A DNA stretch of 64,000 nucleotides from Phoronis australis (GCA_002633005.1 NMRA01000006.1:452677-516676), one strand, 5' to 3'; positions 12,199 through 25,975 are shown, counted from the first letter of the stretch. The notes: generated by a model not told the origin, from the sequence alone. Numbers and translations: made by a program.

Positions 12199-13680
12199 CT
12201 GTAATAACAATAAAATATGTCTCAAAATTTGTAACACGAAAGATACGTTGGACCAATAAGCTAAATATCTAGCTTATTGGTTGGACTATGTTGCTGCTCT
12301 TCTCTCAAACGTATTGCCAAGCCATTAATTCGCATTGTGCACCGTGTGGCGAAAAAGCGATTTCTTAACTTTGTCAAAATTTTGGAAAATTGTAGTGAGC
12401 GCGCTGTCAGAGGACACAACCAAGACAAAACACAAGTGAGATGGTTTAACACGCCAAAAGTAACATCGGAGGGCTCCTCACGAGTGACACAAGGCTTACT
12501 TCGATTTCCCACAAAGCAAAACGTGGCGCTTGGCAATATGGAGAATCGCACGTTGGCTATTGTGGGAAACTAGAAGTGTAATCTCGGTTTATTTGAAAAC
12601 TAACCAATTCTCTAAATCAAAACAATACTGGCGATTGAAACACGTACCTGTTTCAACGTAACTGACGTGTGTTCGCTTATTTATTTAATTTTTTATAAAA
12701 CAAGACTTCAATGAATCCACTGATTTCCAGTTGAGCCGAGCCAGAAATATTTCATCACATCAAGTCAAAAGTAGATGTGCATGTTACTGAAAATAATGAA
12801 TTAATATCAAAAATAGTCTTTCCTTCCTTTGCATTAAACAATTTATAACTTAGAAAGAGTTTGTCAGTCGAAAGATATCGGTAAAACACAAATATTTTGT
12901 ATATTTCAGCCCTGTTTGTGCCTGCCTTATTTTACTACGTGTTTATTTTCCTTCAGAAAGTGAGCAAGCTTTCTGCAGAAACCTCATTGCATATGGCAAC
13001 ACTTGAGTCAGTACCCACAATGCATGAGTCAGCTGTTACTCATTACAGCGGCCATTTTAGGTGGCTGTGCACCACCAAAATTTGTTACAAAATTCAATTC
13101 AGTTTGAGAATATTAAGAATTGTGTTGAATGAGCATTATTCGGGCTTAAGTTTCGACTGAACTAATTTACGTTAAACTCTGTTTTATGAAGCTTTTAACT
13201 AAAATTAAGAGGAAGCAGCATCTCTATGCCGTGTTCAGCTAATTCCAATATAACATCAAAAAGAATGAAACTAGAAGCCCAAATCAACACGCATGAGCTC
13301 TATTCCGACCGCAGAAAAACCTTAAAAAATAAGAAACGTAAATTTGCCTTCCTTACGACTTCAGTTTGTGACGTGTCGCAAAATTACATCGAAACATTCG
13401 ACACCCTCCATTGCCGGAAACGGGATGTCCCAAGGTAATAGTCGTATTGCCGAAACAGAGCTAAATACACCTTAAGAATTTAATAAATTCCATAGGCATA
13501 TTATAGGTGCGTCTGGCTGTAGTATGACTTAAATCACAGGGTTAGAAACATGATATTAGTATAACACAATGTCTACAATGTCTACAACTAGTCCGTCACT
13601 GTTATGCATCATTGAAAACAGCTGTAAACCCAACTTCCATCATAAAAAAAAACTTTTGTTTGAGACCACTTACGCTTAGG

Positions 13681-13769
13681 AAATTGGTCTCAAATTGTTC
13701 CTTAATCAACTTAGAGGTGATTCCACAACTTCGATATAACTGACAGTTCGTTATTGCTTGAGACCAAGC
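13681..13769 (+). repeat. Dispersed repeat family R2
   Basis: AAATTGGTCTCAAATTGTTCCTT..TTGCTTGAGACCAAGC. Direct match to 63917-64000 and inverted match to 11606-11675. Confidence 0.75.
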
Positions 13770-14264
13770 TTAACAAGTTGACTTGTCACGGCCGGTTATT
13801 TTGTGAGCCAAGCATGGTTTCGCGCAATTACGAACTGTCAATTATTTGCAAACACAGAAATCTTCTCAGCGCATGGGCGGGCAAGGAGCAGATTGAGAAG
13901 TGTAAACGGTAAAGGAACGCCAGTTCAGAAAGGCTTTAAATATTGCTTTAAAAACATTTTTAGATTTTTAAATAATAGTCAGTTTAAAAACTTACTGTTG
14001 TTGTTTAAAATTTCTTGAACCTCTCTATCTTACTTATTTATTTGAACTTCTTTAAAAGAGTGGGTGACCACTTTAACGAATACACTGATTTTCAAGTGGG
14101 CCCAGTCGGAAATAATTACATGAAGTAAAATACTGAGAGCTGTATACAATTACATTGAAAAGATTATTAAATAAAATAAATTGGTACAGAAATTAGTTAA
14201 TATGTACCATTAGATGAACAAATGAGATAAAACAGTAAAATAATGATGAGCTAAGGCCTACAGT

Positions 14265-14660
14265 CAGTGACCGCACACAAAGTCCCAGTATTTGTGTTTG
14301 AAGACGTGGACATTAGGCGCGTTCACGACGGCAGTCCCCAGCCTGTTGTAAGCAACAGCATCTTTGTTGGCAAAAGTTCTTTTGCCGCAGTTGTTTTTAA
14401 GTTTATCTGGCACCAGGCAGCCAGAAACACTTCCTCTCTGACTGCTTTGAATTCAATAGTAAGGTAATTAGGTGTTATGCAATGTGTGGCTTTGTACATC
14501 ATAAACTTTAAATAAAAGGCATGCCTGCTATAACCAGGCTACACCAACAAAGTGTAGATCGAGGAGGTCAGAAATTGGAAAGTCATTATAAAGGCCACTG
14601 TAGTTGAGTATAACCCCCCAATCAGCATAAAGCTAGCCTGATTTGCGCTTCACCTTATAA
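14265..14660 (-). mobile_element. Decayed L2/CR1-type LINE ORF2 3' fragment
   Basis: Minus-strand translation FMMYKATHCITPNYLTIEF, then after a frameshift CGKRTFANKDAVAYNRLGTAVVNAPNVHVFKHKY. Matches the MYK..LAP.YL / RTF..WN.LP..V..A.S...FK pattern of CR1-group ORF2 C-termini. Confidence 0.55.
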
Positions 14661-15756
14661 GCATTTCTAAACAGTTTTCAGAAACAACGACAAAATCTTG
14701 TCGAGTTTTACGAAAATTGATGAGAGTGCAGTAAATAGTGCTTTTAAAACGCTGAGAAAGTACTCGGGATTTATTCACAGTAAAATGCGGCCAATTTTAC
14801 ACGAAAGATACTTTGTTATATTTTGTTTTTGCAAAATAATGCGACGTGCAAAAGCTCCTCAAAACACAAGACTGAAATATACGGATAGGCATTATGGTCA
14901 GAAATGATTTTTATGCGTGTCAATGCCATAGATTAGATTAAATTTGCAAAATCGAATCTTGATTTTTCTGATTTGCGTAAATCATGCTCTGTCGCCCATC
15001 AATATTTGATGGCTGTCTTCAAGTACCGTAATTTAATCGTATAGGCATGTTTTTCTTGGGAAACGTACATGATCTATGAAGTGTTTTCATAAAGCATGAT
15101 TTGTCACGTGACGTGGTCTAATATTAATCAAACGTGTCCAATTAGGTGCAATAGGTCCCGCGACGCTGCGACGATAAATATCAGAGCTGCAAAAAAATGT
15201 GCCGGTTGGATGAACAACAAAGAAGGAAATTATCAGGGCACACTCTCGCACGGTCCCGAGACGGCAACGAGGTATTTTACTCCAGGTGATTACAGTTTAT
15301 AAACGTTGATTGAGATGAAGTGCGTTGTTGTTGGCAGACACAGTGGAAATGTCAACTATCGTTTACAGTAATTACGAGAATGGTTCAAGATACCCCATGG
15401 ACCACGGACAAGAAAGGGAAGTCAATTAACAGATGGTCGTTGATTAATACGCGTTATAATATAACGAAGTTCAAAAAAGTGAGACTCAGATTGACTAAGG
15501 AAACTGTCAAGCTGAATGAATGTTGTCGGTTTAATTGAACTGTGGAATAATTTTATAGCTTCGTGTGAGACTACTGAAAAATAACATGATTCTTTAATGC
15601 CATGTTTTTATTCCTCGCCACGACTTGAAAACCACACGCAGCGTTTTACAAAAAAAATGCCTAATGAAAAAAATAATTCGTGTATATTTGAAAAAAAATC
15701 CGTAAAATAGACACCTGTACACCCAAGCGCACAGAGCTTTAAACGGAAGTCCTCAC

Positions 15757-15840
15757 CTTTTGCTTGCGGCAGGTCTGCGTGTTTCACTTGTTTCGCGTCC
15801 TCATTGAGTTTGATCGTTGCGCTCGGTGACGACTTTTCTC
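15757..15840 (-). CDS. SKOR: SKOR/CORL coding exon 3
   Basis: tttccag acceptor and gtgagg donor, 84 bp, phase 1/1. Reads (G)EKSSPSATIKLNEDAKQVKHADLPQAK. Confidence 0.65.
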
Positions 15841-16622
15841 CTGGAAACATGAAGTGCAAGAAGATCAGAAATGATGGTTAGTTAAAACTGAATACGCTAT
15901 CATTTTCTTATTGTTTGTCACTGGTCATATCGTAACTGCTTTCAATAGCTTATAACTCTATTTAAACAAATTACTGCCGTCGACGGACAGAGACAAAACG
16001 AACTGGCGCTGCATGTACAGTACAAATCACGCAAATCAACACGAGGTCTTTGATCTTTGACAGAACGTACATGTACAACTCATGCGCGTTAACAGATCTT
16101 CACTCGAATTAGAAGTTCGAATGAAACTCATTCAGAAAAGATACAACTTACGCGTCTCAAAACCAAACAGTTATTAACTTTCATAAAAGGATACCAAAAC
16201 CGGTTTTGGCCTATTAACAGACACTAAAAATGACTTTCCCATCCAGTTCTATGAAACAATATAATGCTCTATAACCCTCGACAACCCCCAAAAGTTTGGA
16301 GGAAAATTTGAAAATTCCTTTCAACGTCTGCTACATGGGCAAGCATGACCTACGCTTTTAGTAACTATGGGGTAAAGACTTCCCACCAAGGACCGTAATA
16401 TCCGATCTGTGACATACAGAGTGTGAGTTTTTAGTTGATTTCTGCCTTTATCTTTCAAGATTGACGCCAAAGATGCACTAGCAGGTGACAGCACGAGGAT
16501 TGGTTTAAATCATCAAAACAGGGTTAAGTGTCCTTTTAAAGGCACTGAAATGTAGTTTTACTATTCTAGTTCCGCAACAGCATTGTTCACGGTTACATTT
16601 TACAGCTACGATCGCATCTTAC

Positions 16623-16668
16623 CTGCACGTTCGTCTTTAACCTCTTGTCGATCTACAGGCGATTCGAT
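16623..16668 (-). CDS. SKOR: SKOR/CORL coding exon 2
   Basis: ttctttttgcag acceptor and gtaaga donor, 46 bp, phase 0/1. Reads IESPVDRQEVKDERA. Supplies the phase change needed to join the big exon to the downstream exons. Confidence 0.7.
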
Positions 16669-18583
16669 CTGCAAAAAGAAAACATGATACGAAAACACTG
16701 AAACAGTGTTTGTAGTATGTTGACGATTTCGATGCTTGAAGAAAACTCCAAAATACAGGTTACTGGGTAATCCGAATACCTTTTGCAAAAGAGGTTGAAT
16801 AAAGTCGTGTCTTCTCGGATTAACTGCTAATTTTCATACGAGAGAGGCACACAACTACTAAATAACCGGGGAAATAGTTAGAAATTTCTGCTGCGGATAG
16901 CATGAATATACAAAAAAAAATCAATGACAAAATGCTCCCTATTTTTGGATACGCTGTATAATGCTTATTTAATTTTTGTGTTTGCGCTGGCAACCTGTGC
17001 TTTGTTTTCTTAAACTTAGTGGGTCTGTGTTTGTCGGATAAGATTGTTAAAATTCAAATTTTACCGACTTTTGGGTATGTGATACATCTTAACGATTCCT
17101 GTCTGGATACAAAAATTCCTCAAAACCGCGTGCCATTGCATTTTCTGAGAATAAATGGATACTCGTAGAATCTTTTCTAGTTTCAATCCAAAGCTGTGAA
17201 AGAGGTTAAAAACAAGGATTCAACTACATTTAAGAGAGTACTAACACCCGACTGCATTTGTTGAGAACTTGTCGAAACGTCCATATAGCGTAACTAACGT
17301 TGATGAGTGATAACGATATTACGTCATGATTGCACGTGGGGGTTTGATCACTGTCTCACACTGAATGTGATAGATAATTTCGTATCGGCTGCTCCTAACA
17401 GTGACTACGCCTTGTTGAAGCGTGTTGTCATAACTAAAGGACGCCCGTGATTACAGCTGACTGTAATATAGCATGCTGGCATTTAGTTACAGCACCAATT
17501 ACGACTGACAAATATGGACTCAGATGTCCAGGGAAGGTCCAAAATATCAATGTCACGTCTAATTAACCGGCTTATTAGTTCAGCTCTCCTCAATTAAAAT
17601 CTGCTATCAAATTAATATAGAATTACTGTCACAAATTCGCAGAATGGTGACTCGAATTAGTAGAGTCCGCACGAAAACAAAGTTTTCAACCAACATCGAT
17701 TTGACTTAATTAAAAAGAACGAGATTCGTGAAGATATTAAATTGGCGGAGACATACACACCTGAGCTGGGAGGTAGAAGTTGACAGCGTCTTATGAGTTT
17801 GTGAGGCGCCGATATTGCTAATTTACTTAATTTGATATATTTAAACGGATGCAAATATTCTAATGTGAAGTGGCGTGGTAGCGTTTTCATCTGATTTAAA
17901 AGTATTGATAATTCTTAATTGAATTGGCATTAATGTAAAAGCTTAAGCAGTTACCTGTGATGAAAAACCGTTCTGCTTTAAAGAAATCTAATTCAGCTAT
18001 CATTGGAAACCAAGAACCGACAACGTTTTTTCATTGTTTTTGGATAAATCACGTAATGCATTTTGATGACTTGTGACGTCACTGTGGAGGAAACAGCATG
18101 CAGGTGCTCGCAAGTTTTGATTTCAAGTAAAGTGTCGTTAAAAGGAGAGTCCTTAAGGTGTCGATCGGAGAGAACTGAACAGACATGATACAGCTGAGCG
18201 TCCTCAGTATTACTTAAAACGATATTCCATGCACTCCATTAAGATCATATTTCTGAAAACTTTAGTCTAAAAATCCACCAATCAGTTTAAAACAAAGCAT
18301 ATTTTTGCACCTTTACAAGGAAATACATAATGGACCCGTATCTACATAATAGCATTAATAACAACGATGATGTTATTTATAATGACGATCAATGTCACGA
18401 TAATATTGCTTTGGTAATAATAACAATATTGTTATTGATGACGATGACAATTGTTTTAAAGTTATAAATATCATCGTAATAATCATAATGGCATCATCAT
18501 TATAGTAGTTTTAACTGCAAAATAGAATATGCGCATGTTGAGACATAATTTATATGTTGAAGATCTGGTTAATCTATGCATAC

Positions 18584-19861
18584 CTCCTCAGTTTCATCGA
18601 TATCTTTAGGTGAATCATTGAATGCTTCGCTCCTTCCATCCGAATACTCGTCCTCTGAGTCCGATGACGTCACGTTGAGTTCGCTGGTGCAGAGAGGTGA
18701 TTCCTTAACTTTTACAGAAACTGGTTGAAACGCCGAGTAATTTGGACTACCTGAAGCCATGCTGCCAGCAAGATATCGTTTTGACTTCACAATTTCTCTA
18801 ATATCAGTCTTTTCTGGGCACAGAGAGCCGTACGAGCTTGCGAAATTAAAATGGCTGCTTGGAGATGTCGGTCCTCTGCCCCATAATGCACCGTAACCGG
18901 CCGGAAACACGGAATGGTAATTGTTTTTAAACATGTCTGCCACCATGGAGGCGTGGTTTGGGTGCGACACGTGATCTGTGGGAATTGGAAGGATTGGGAA
19001 TGCTGGGTGGGATGGTCGAGGAAAGAACCCTGACAATGCGGCCTTTGTGGATGGGAGAGAAAACATTGGATAAGGGTACGGTACTGTAGCCATGGATGGA
19101 ACTGCGATGTCGCTATCTAAGCGCTTTCGTTTTTCGACATGGCGGGCTGAAGGTGATTGGTTGTGATGGGTTGGAGCTGAGCGTTTGCGACTTCCGCCAT
19201 TGAACATTGCCTTTACGTCTTCCCATGCGTGCTCAAGTGCTTCGCTGTTGTCGGAGTTGAACAGCTGAAGATGACGACGCCAAGAGTTGAAGTTGGCTGC
19301 GTCTGGGTGCGTGTAATTAGCCACCGGCGTGCGGTGACTGTGGAAGATGAATTTGTTGGGAGAAAAAAATAGGTTGCAGTAGGTACACTTGATACATTTT
19401 GCTCTGGAGCTGTTGTATCGCGAAGGCATGAACCTGCCCTGGCACCCCCATCCACACTTGTGAAAGACTTCGAAGGCGAAGTTCTCAGGGAGCTTCGGCG
19501 GCGCGGCGTCTTCGAGGAACGACTTCACCAGTCGCTCTGCCTCTCGCTTGGTGATCATACCGCAGCGGCGGGACGATATAGGCATGGCGCCGGCGCGGCG
19601 AAGGATCTCCAATTGGACAGGGGTACATTGAACGCACGTTATGCCCAACGCGACTCGTCGGTTGTGAATCTCGTTATAGCTGAAGTCTTTCAAGAGAGTG
19701 TTGGAAATTTGTGCTAAGCATAATCTATCAACGTCGTCCATTCGGAGGCAGACGATCGGCACCCCACCCAGCAGCACTGTCGAGACTTGATTTTGGCGGG
19801 AACGAACGTGGGCAGCTGATTTGTCGCTACTGTGCACTGTGACATCATCAGCTGACTCCAT
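18584..19861 (-). CDS. SKOR: SKI family transcriptional corepressor (SKOR/CORL/fussel), main exon with Ski/Sno (DHD) and SAND-like Smad4-binding domains
   Basis: RLCLAQISNTLLKDFSYNEIHNRRVALGITCVQCTPVQLEILRRAGAMPISSRRCGMITKREAERL; PPKLPENFAFEVFHKCGWGCQG..YNSSRAKCIKC..FSPNKFIFHSH..DAANFNSWRRHL; AWEDVKAMFNGGSRKR. The exon starts after an acceptor at 19882, the ATG is at 19861, and the donor GTATGC follows 18584. Confidence 0.97.
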
Positions 19862-22851
19862 TGTGAGAGACAAAACTGTTTCCTGGAAAGAAAAAATGTG
19901 CTTCATGTACGAAATCCATGGAACACCAAAGATGAGCAGCATTTTTCACTCTTCTTTAGAAAAAATTACTTAAGCAAAAGCGGTGATTTTGAAGACCAGC
20001 ATATTTCTACAGAATTCACATGTTTCAACCATTCTCAAGGTTTAACCGGAACAGAGATGTTCTGAAGCTGCCTATATCATAACACTTTGAATGAACTATC
20101 TGTTACACAGTGAATCCACTACCACCATGCACTCTGCATGGGCAGTTTCTGCGATATATATGTGGCACTTTGCACTGATTCGTTGTTTTACAGCCGTTGC
20201 TGCATATTACATCACCGGGAGACGTGCAAATGCTGTTTTACGTGGCTCTTGTAATTATTTCACGACAAAGCTTGACAATGACGGGAGCGACCACAGAATC
20301 ATTTCGTAGCAGAAAAAACATGTTTTTGTTCAGGCATAATTCCTGCTACTCAGTCATTAACACGCATTTTGTCTATGCATTTCAAATTGCTTATAGCTCT
20401 ATTTCAATTTCATACCGTTTTCAATACCAAAACTATGCTGTGTCCTAATTCAAGATTGCCCTATCTTTACATCGTGATGTGTCTTAAGCGTTCCCTGATC
20501 AGGTGTTTGCGAAGCAAACCGTGAAAGGCTAGCGATAAAGCATTCTATAAATTGGTCAATCTATAATTAATTCGTGCTTAGACTTTTTTACTTCTAATTG
20601 CCTGTCATACAGTGATTTGCTTCAAATCACTCTAATGTGCAAATGGTTAAGTTAGTGACTCAAAGCACCTTTCGAGATGAGATTTTCAGTGATTGAAATT
20701 GTGTATTTTCTTCATATGAAAATGTTGCAAATGGTTGCAACAATTTTATGCAGGCACTTCTGCAAACAAGAGTTCGCAAAGGAACGCAAGATTTACGACC
20801 ATCCGAATTTTCGTTTCGCATTTTATCAGATTTTTATTGTAAAATACTTTTAGTTTTGACTTCTTGTTATTAATTATGACAGCAGCTCTTCATTCAAGTT
20901 ATTTGGTGAGCTTACGTGTAACAAATTCAAAGGCCTGCTCAATCTCAATGTTACGTAGTGACGCCCGTGCCCTGAAAGCCTCGTTCCGGCCGCCAGGGGT
21001 CAGTTGGCTTAGTGTAAACAAAAAAGACAAAATTTTGACTTATTTTCTTCCTTATTTGGAAACGCCACTCGTTAGATTGAGTTGGTTAGTCTACTAGTTG
21101 TCGCTACTTTCGTAATTTTAAAAAGGCTGCAGAGAGTATATAGGCCTAAATACCGATTGTTTCTTATTTCTTTATTATAATTCTGTTCATTATCGTAAAT
21201 CGGAATCTAACAAGTTCTTAACGGCTCTAAGTAGGCTATAGACAGTATAATACGAAGATCGTAAAAATCAGTCAGTTTGCACCAGTGTTGCACATTTGCT
21301 ACGAACTAACACCAGTATACATGTACATGGTCGTGGAGACTGAAGTTATAGAAGTATTGTCGATACCAAGCGGAAACTTCCTAGTATCAAAAGTAAAAGT
21401 TAGCTTATGTGACCACTCTGTGCCCTAGTTAGGAGGGACAGTTTTCGTTGCTAAATTACTTGGCATCGTTTTTGCGACGAGTAAGAAGTCAGTACAGATT
21501 GGGATCGCATAGCCTCTGTTAGGAACTAGTCCAGGGCCAAGAAAGACTACAACATGTAAACGGAGAAAATGTGAAATACGCGCTATTAATTAAGTGAAGT
21601 ACATACAAGTACATACGATGAGCGTCGTTTGGCTTCATTGACGTTATACAGATCTCCGAAAATATGCATGCGCATCCCGGAAAAGAGACCTGTGATGAAA
21701 TTGTCCCTTCAAACTGAGAAGCATCACAGAATATCCCAACAACTGGGACTTAAAGTAGCTAAGCTTTTGTATTGGCGTGACAACTGTGATAAATAAGTTT
21801 TCAGCGTTGTCCAAAAAAGCTTTAGGAATTGTATCGTGCGTGTTATTTGGACTAGACGAGACGTCATCTAAACAAGTCGCGAGGGCTTGGCAAATCTCTT
21901 CTTTGTAAACATGCTTAATTTACTTAAAACATACAGGCTCCGTTTGATTAAAAGGAACATCTTTTCATATTGCCACGCATTATCACTCGTCGAGCTCTAA
22001 GAAGCTTAGACGAGATAAGAGAATAATCAGTTAGTAGCGATATTTTGACCAAGCTTTTCCCGATAATTAACGCGTTCGAACGCGGATTGCACATCCAACC
22101 GTCGCTAAGAATAATTAATCATCACTTTCGGGTAAAGATTTGTGTAAGCCGCGAATAATTACATAACGATCGTGCCTGTTTTAAGATTCTCTTGAAACAA
22201 ATACTCAGCGCAATAGAAAGTTTGGAAAATGATCGCCGGAACGTGTAAAAATCAATGTAATTTAGTCTATGCCAAGTAAAATGGTGGAAAATAATATTGG
22301 GGTCTTGCAGGATGTTTGGGTGATTGAGAACGGATAGGTTAACCACACAGAAAAGCCTCTATAAACGGCACTCCAACAATTGCCTCTTTCAAAGTCTTGT
22401 ATCCCTTTTGGGCCCTGTCATACACACAATTTTAAATTCCCATCACATTCGACCCCGTCCTGAAATGTCAATGAAACTATCTGGGTAAGGCTGGATACGG
22501 AAACTTTCGTCAAAACTCGCCTGGAATGCGACACCGCACGTGATATTCTTGCGCATATTGTGACAAATGTCTCTAGCGCTTATTCCGTTCCCAATCATTT
22601 TCCATTTATTTATTTATTTAACATCGTCTAACCATAGACTAATACAATTCAGTATGAAATAGTACAATACAATACAAAACAATACACTACAATACAATAC
22701 AATACAATACAGAAAAGTAAATGGGGACAGGCAAACGTACTAAGTTTCAGCCCGTTGTTTCAAAATGTTTGAGAGCGTAGTAAGAACTACTTTGGTGTGG
22801 CAGTGGCTGCACTTCAGTGATTGACTTCCACGAGTTCCGCCAGGTCAACCT

Positions 22852-22915
22852 GCTAAGACCTCTGATTGGTGTCTGAACCGGATGTCGTCATCGAGAACCA
22901 ATCAGATGTCTTAGC
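22852..22915. repeat. Short hairpin with inverted CCAAT boxes (MITE core)
   Basis: GCTAAGACCTCTGATTGGT ... ACCAATCAGATGTCTTAGC; outer TTGACTT/AAGTCAA. Confidence 0.6.
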
Positions 22916-24109
22916 CGGCAAAGTCAACCAATAGCCCGTGTCAGCCAGCAAAGGACTTTTACAAAACACTAATACTGAGCTCTGTTATTAATTAAAACTG
23001 TATTTTCACTTGTTTAGCTTTCCGAAAAACAATTGGGTACTGTCTCGAACTTCTTTATACAAGTAGTTGATTCTTTGGCCACAGGGAGTATCCGAGAAAA
23101 AAAGACAACCACAGGGCTAGTCAAGTCTTTCACGGCCAATTTGACCACTGTAATTTAATTTTAGGTGACCTCTCTCAGTATACCAACTGAATTTTGAAAC
23201 CGATGCTATCACCACGAGATAATTTTAGATTCCATGTTATGATTTTGATTAGTACATTTGCTGATTTCCCAATAAGCAGCTTTGGAAAGAAAGTGCGGCT
23301 TTAAATCATATGTTGCCATTATTTATTCTAAATTGAAAAAAATCTCTGATGTTTATGAAAAAATACCATGTTATGTAAACCAGTCAATGGTTATAACTAA
23401 ATTGCTGCAAAATCTACCATATGTAGCCTGATTATCAAAATTCTTTGCTGCTATCTCCGTACATGACCATGGAAAATACGACAATGCGACAATGCACTTT
23501 AACTCCCAACAAAAATCTGACTCGTGCTTACATGACGTCACAACATGAAAACATGTTTTTCTTCTTCTTGTCAATATCTATTTTGCCTCTTGTTACTTAC
23601 ATGTGCGCACACAATGTTGCAATACCATTTCGAAAACGATCTATTCTTTCATGTGTTTTTACAACAGTAATCAGTCAGGAGAAAGCAATAAATCACGCGT
23701 TTTACTTATCCGTCATAATCATCAGCAACTACAAATCCACTCAGACGCATGTGCGTTCCACGCTAATTACATTCATCTGTAGAGATTAGTTGAACGTACT
23801 TTGTATTAATTAGTTTCTCAGCAGCGGATTAGCAGCGTACTCGCTACTATTAATTCGAGAGATTTAACACTTCGTTAATGTCAGGATGAGTACTATTATT
23901 TACTAGACTAACATCTTAATGCCGGCACACGGCGACAAAAGAAATATGTACGTCTTCGTGTTTGACGGACTCTCTCAAACAAAGCATTTCAATGGATGCT
24001 TTTAAATAGTCTTTGGTGGGATGTGTTGAGATTTTTTCAGAAAGCAGAACAACAATTTTAGAAGCTGATTCCAAATTATCAGAAAATTAAAAAGTAAAAT
24101 ATCATGCAC

Positions 24110-25027
24110 ATCACGTGAGTCAAGAATTGTCAAGGTTCGTTTAGATTTTGGAATCGTTTTTATTCAATTAAGCATATTTCACTTACTATAAAAGATTTTC
24201 CATAAACACATAATTAATAAAAAATAGCGCCAGAAAGTTTGACACCGTGAGCAGGTTCCGAAAATATAAATCAATCCGAGTTACCTTTCTCAGTGGTCGA
24301 GACGCCCGCCGATTTTTAGTCCTTCAGCGATAAATATCAATTTGCCTTCGACTTAAGCAATTATTCCATAAACGGATAGCCAAGCTTCTACTACAGTGAA
24401 TCATCCCATGAGACGCACATAGTGTTTGCATAGTGCAATTTGTGATTTGATAAATTGTTATTCGTATTTACTTCGTCTTGATGAAACTCGACTAAAAATC
24501 CAAAATAACTTTCAGAGAAAGTAANATCACGTGATTCAAGAATTGTCAAGGTTCGTTTAGATTTTGGAAAAGGAAATCTTTTCTAGAAACAAACTGGGAA
24601 TAACAGTAGATATTAAACAATATTCCTGGTTTTAAAGTGGAACGTTACATTTTGAATCGTTTTTATTCAATTAAGCATATTTCAATTACTATAAAAGATT
24701 TTCCATAAACACATAATTAATAAAAAATAGCGCCAGAAAGTTTGACACTGTGAGCAGGCTCCGAAAATATAAATCAATCCGAGTTACCTTTCTCAGTGGT
24801 CGAGACGCCCGCCGATTTTTAGTCCTTCAGCGATGAATATCAATTTGCCTTCGACTTAAGCAATTATTCCAGAAACGGATAGCCAAACTTCTACTACAGT
24901 GAATCATCCCATGAGACGCACATAGTGTTTGCATAGTGCGATTTGTGATTTGATAAATTGTTATTCGTATTTACTTCGTCTTGGTGAAACTCGACTAAAA
25001 ATCCAAAATAACTTTCAGAGAAAGTAA
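24110..25027. repeat. Near-identical tandem duplication joined by one N (probable haplotype/assembly artefact)
   Basis: Copy 1 is 24110-24524 and copy 2 is 24526-25027. They differ by a few SNPs plus an 87-bp indel. N at 24525. Confidence 0.85.
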
Positions 25028-25569
25028 AATGAGCCAAACCCACCAAAACACCTTTTCAAACAAGCAACAACCTATTTAACAGGTGACAATGGATGCGGCT
25101 TACCTAATTAATTTTCTAATAGTTATTTTAATTGCTACGAAAATTTTATCGACCTCATGATTTATTGGAATGCACGAGTGCGTCGTTTTGTTCTTTTCGT
25201 AGAATGAAGAAGGTTTTAAAATGGACGAAAATATACTATTTACGGCATCAAATTCAAGATCAAGATGTGGGTAAACTCTCTTTCCTTGTCAGGTTCTAAG
25301 TCCTGATTTAGAAATGACTGACACTATTTACGCACTATTTACGCTCAGTGCAGCTAGCCTAGATACCTCTCAATCGACGCGAACATCGATTTTGGCATCT
25401 AAATTTATTTTTGTTTAATTTTGTGCGCGCTTATCTATAGCGCTGAAAGACGATTGCCTTGATTTAAGATTAAAAATGGAACACAAAAGCGACGAAACAC
25501 CCGCTTGGGGAAGTAGTCTATGAGTGGTGCAGCTTCTAAAGTAATTAAACATGGGATTAGTTAAACCCC

Positions 25570-25975
25570 CATCGGAACGTTGTATCTCGCCAATGGCTGA
25601 ACGGATCCATACTAAACTTCACGTGATGCACAGTTCTCAAAAACGTGACTAGGATTTGTTTTTACAGTGCTCCACTTTTTAATGAAAGGTTCCCAAAAAT
25701 AGGAAATCTATGATTTTCATGAAAAATTCAAGAGTTACGTATAACGAAAATGAAAGGTAAATTTAGAAAACTTGAGAAACATTTTTTGGATTACATCCCG
25801 AACATTTACATCAAATGTAGTTTCTTCATGTGACTGATGCACCTTTCTTTTCTTCTAAATTTTACTAAAAACATGGCCACGTAACCCAATTAATGTCAGG
25901 TTGGTAAAAAGTAGAAAATAAAATTTTACAGACTACTTTCAGAAAATACACGACTTTGCGGAGTTAAATTTCGTT
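25570..25975 (+). repeat. Dispersed repeat family R1
   Basis: TCGGAACGTTGTATCTC..AATGGCTGA and TTTACTAAAA..CACGTAACCCAATTAATGTCA are shared with 56585-57090, 59795-59900 and 62230-62700. Confidence 0.55.

Noticed and set aside
19862-19942. ORF-track N-terminal extension MLLIFGVPWISYMKHIFSFQ of SKOR
   Set aside because: It runs through a polypyrimidine tract and acceptor (ttttctttccag), so most of it is intronic. The ATG at 19861 is preferred.
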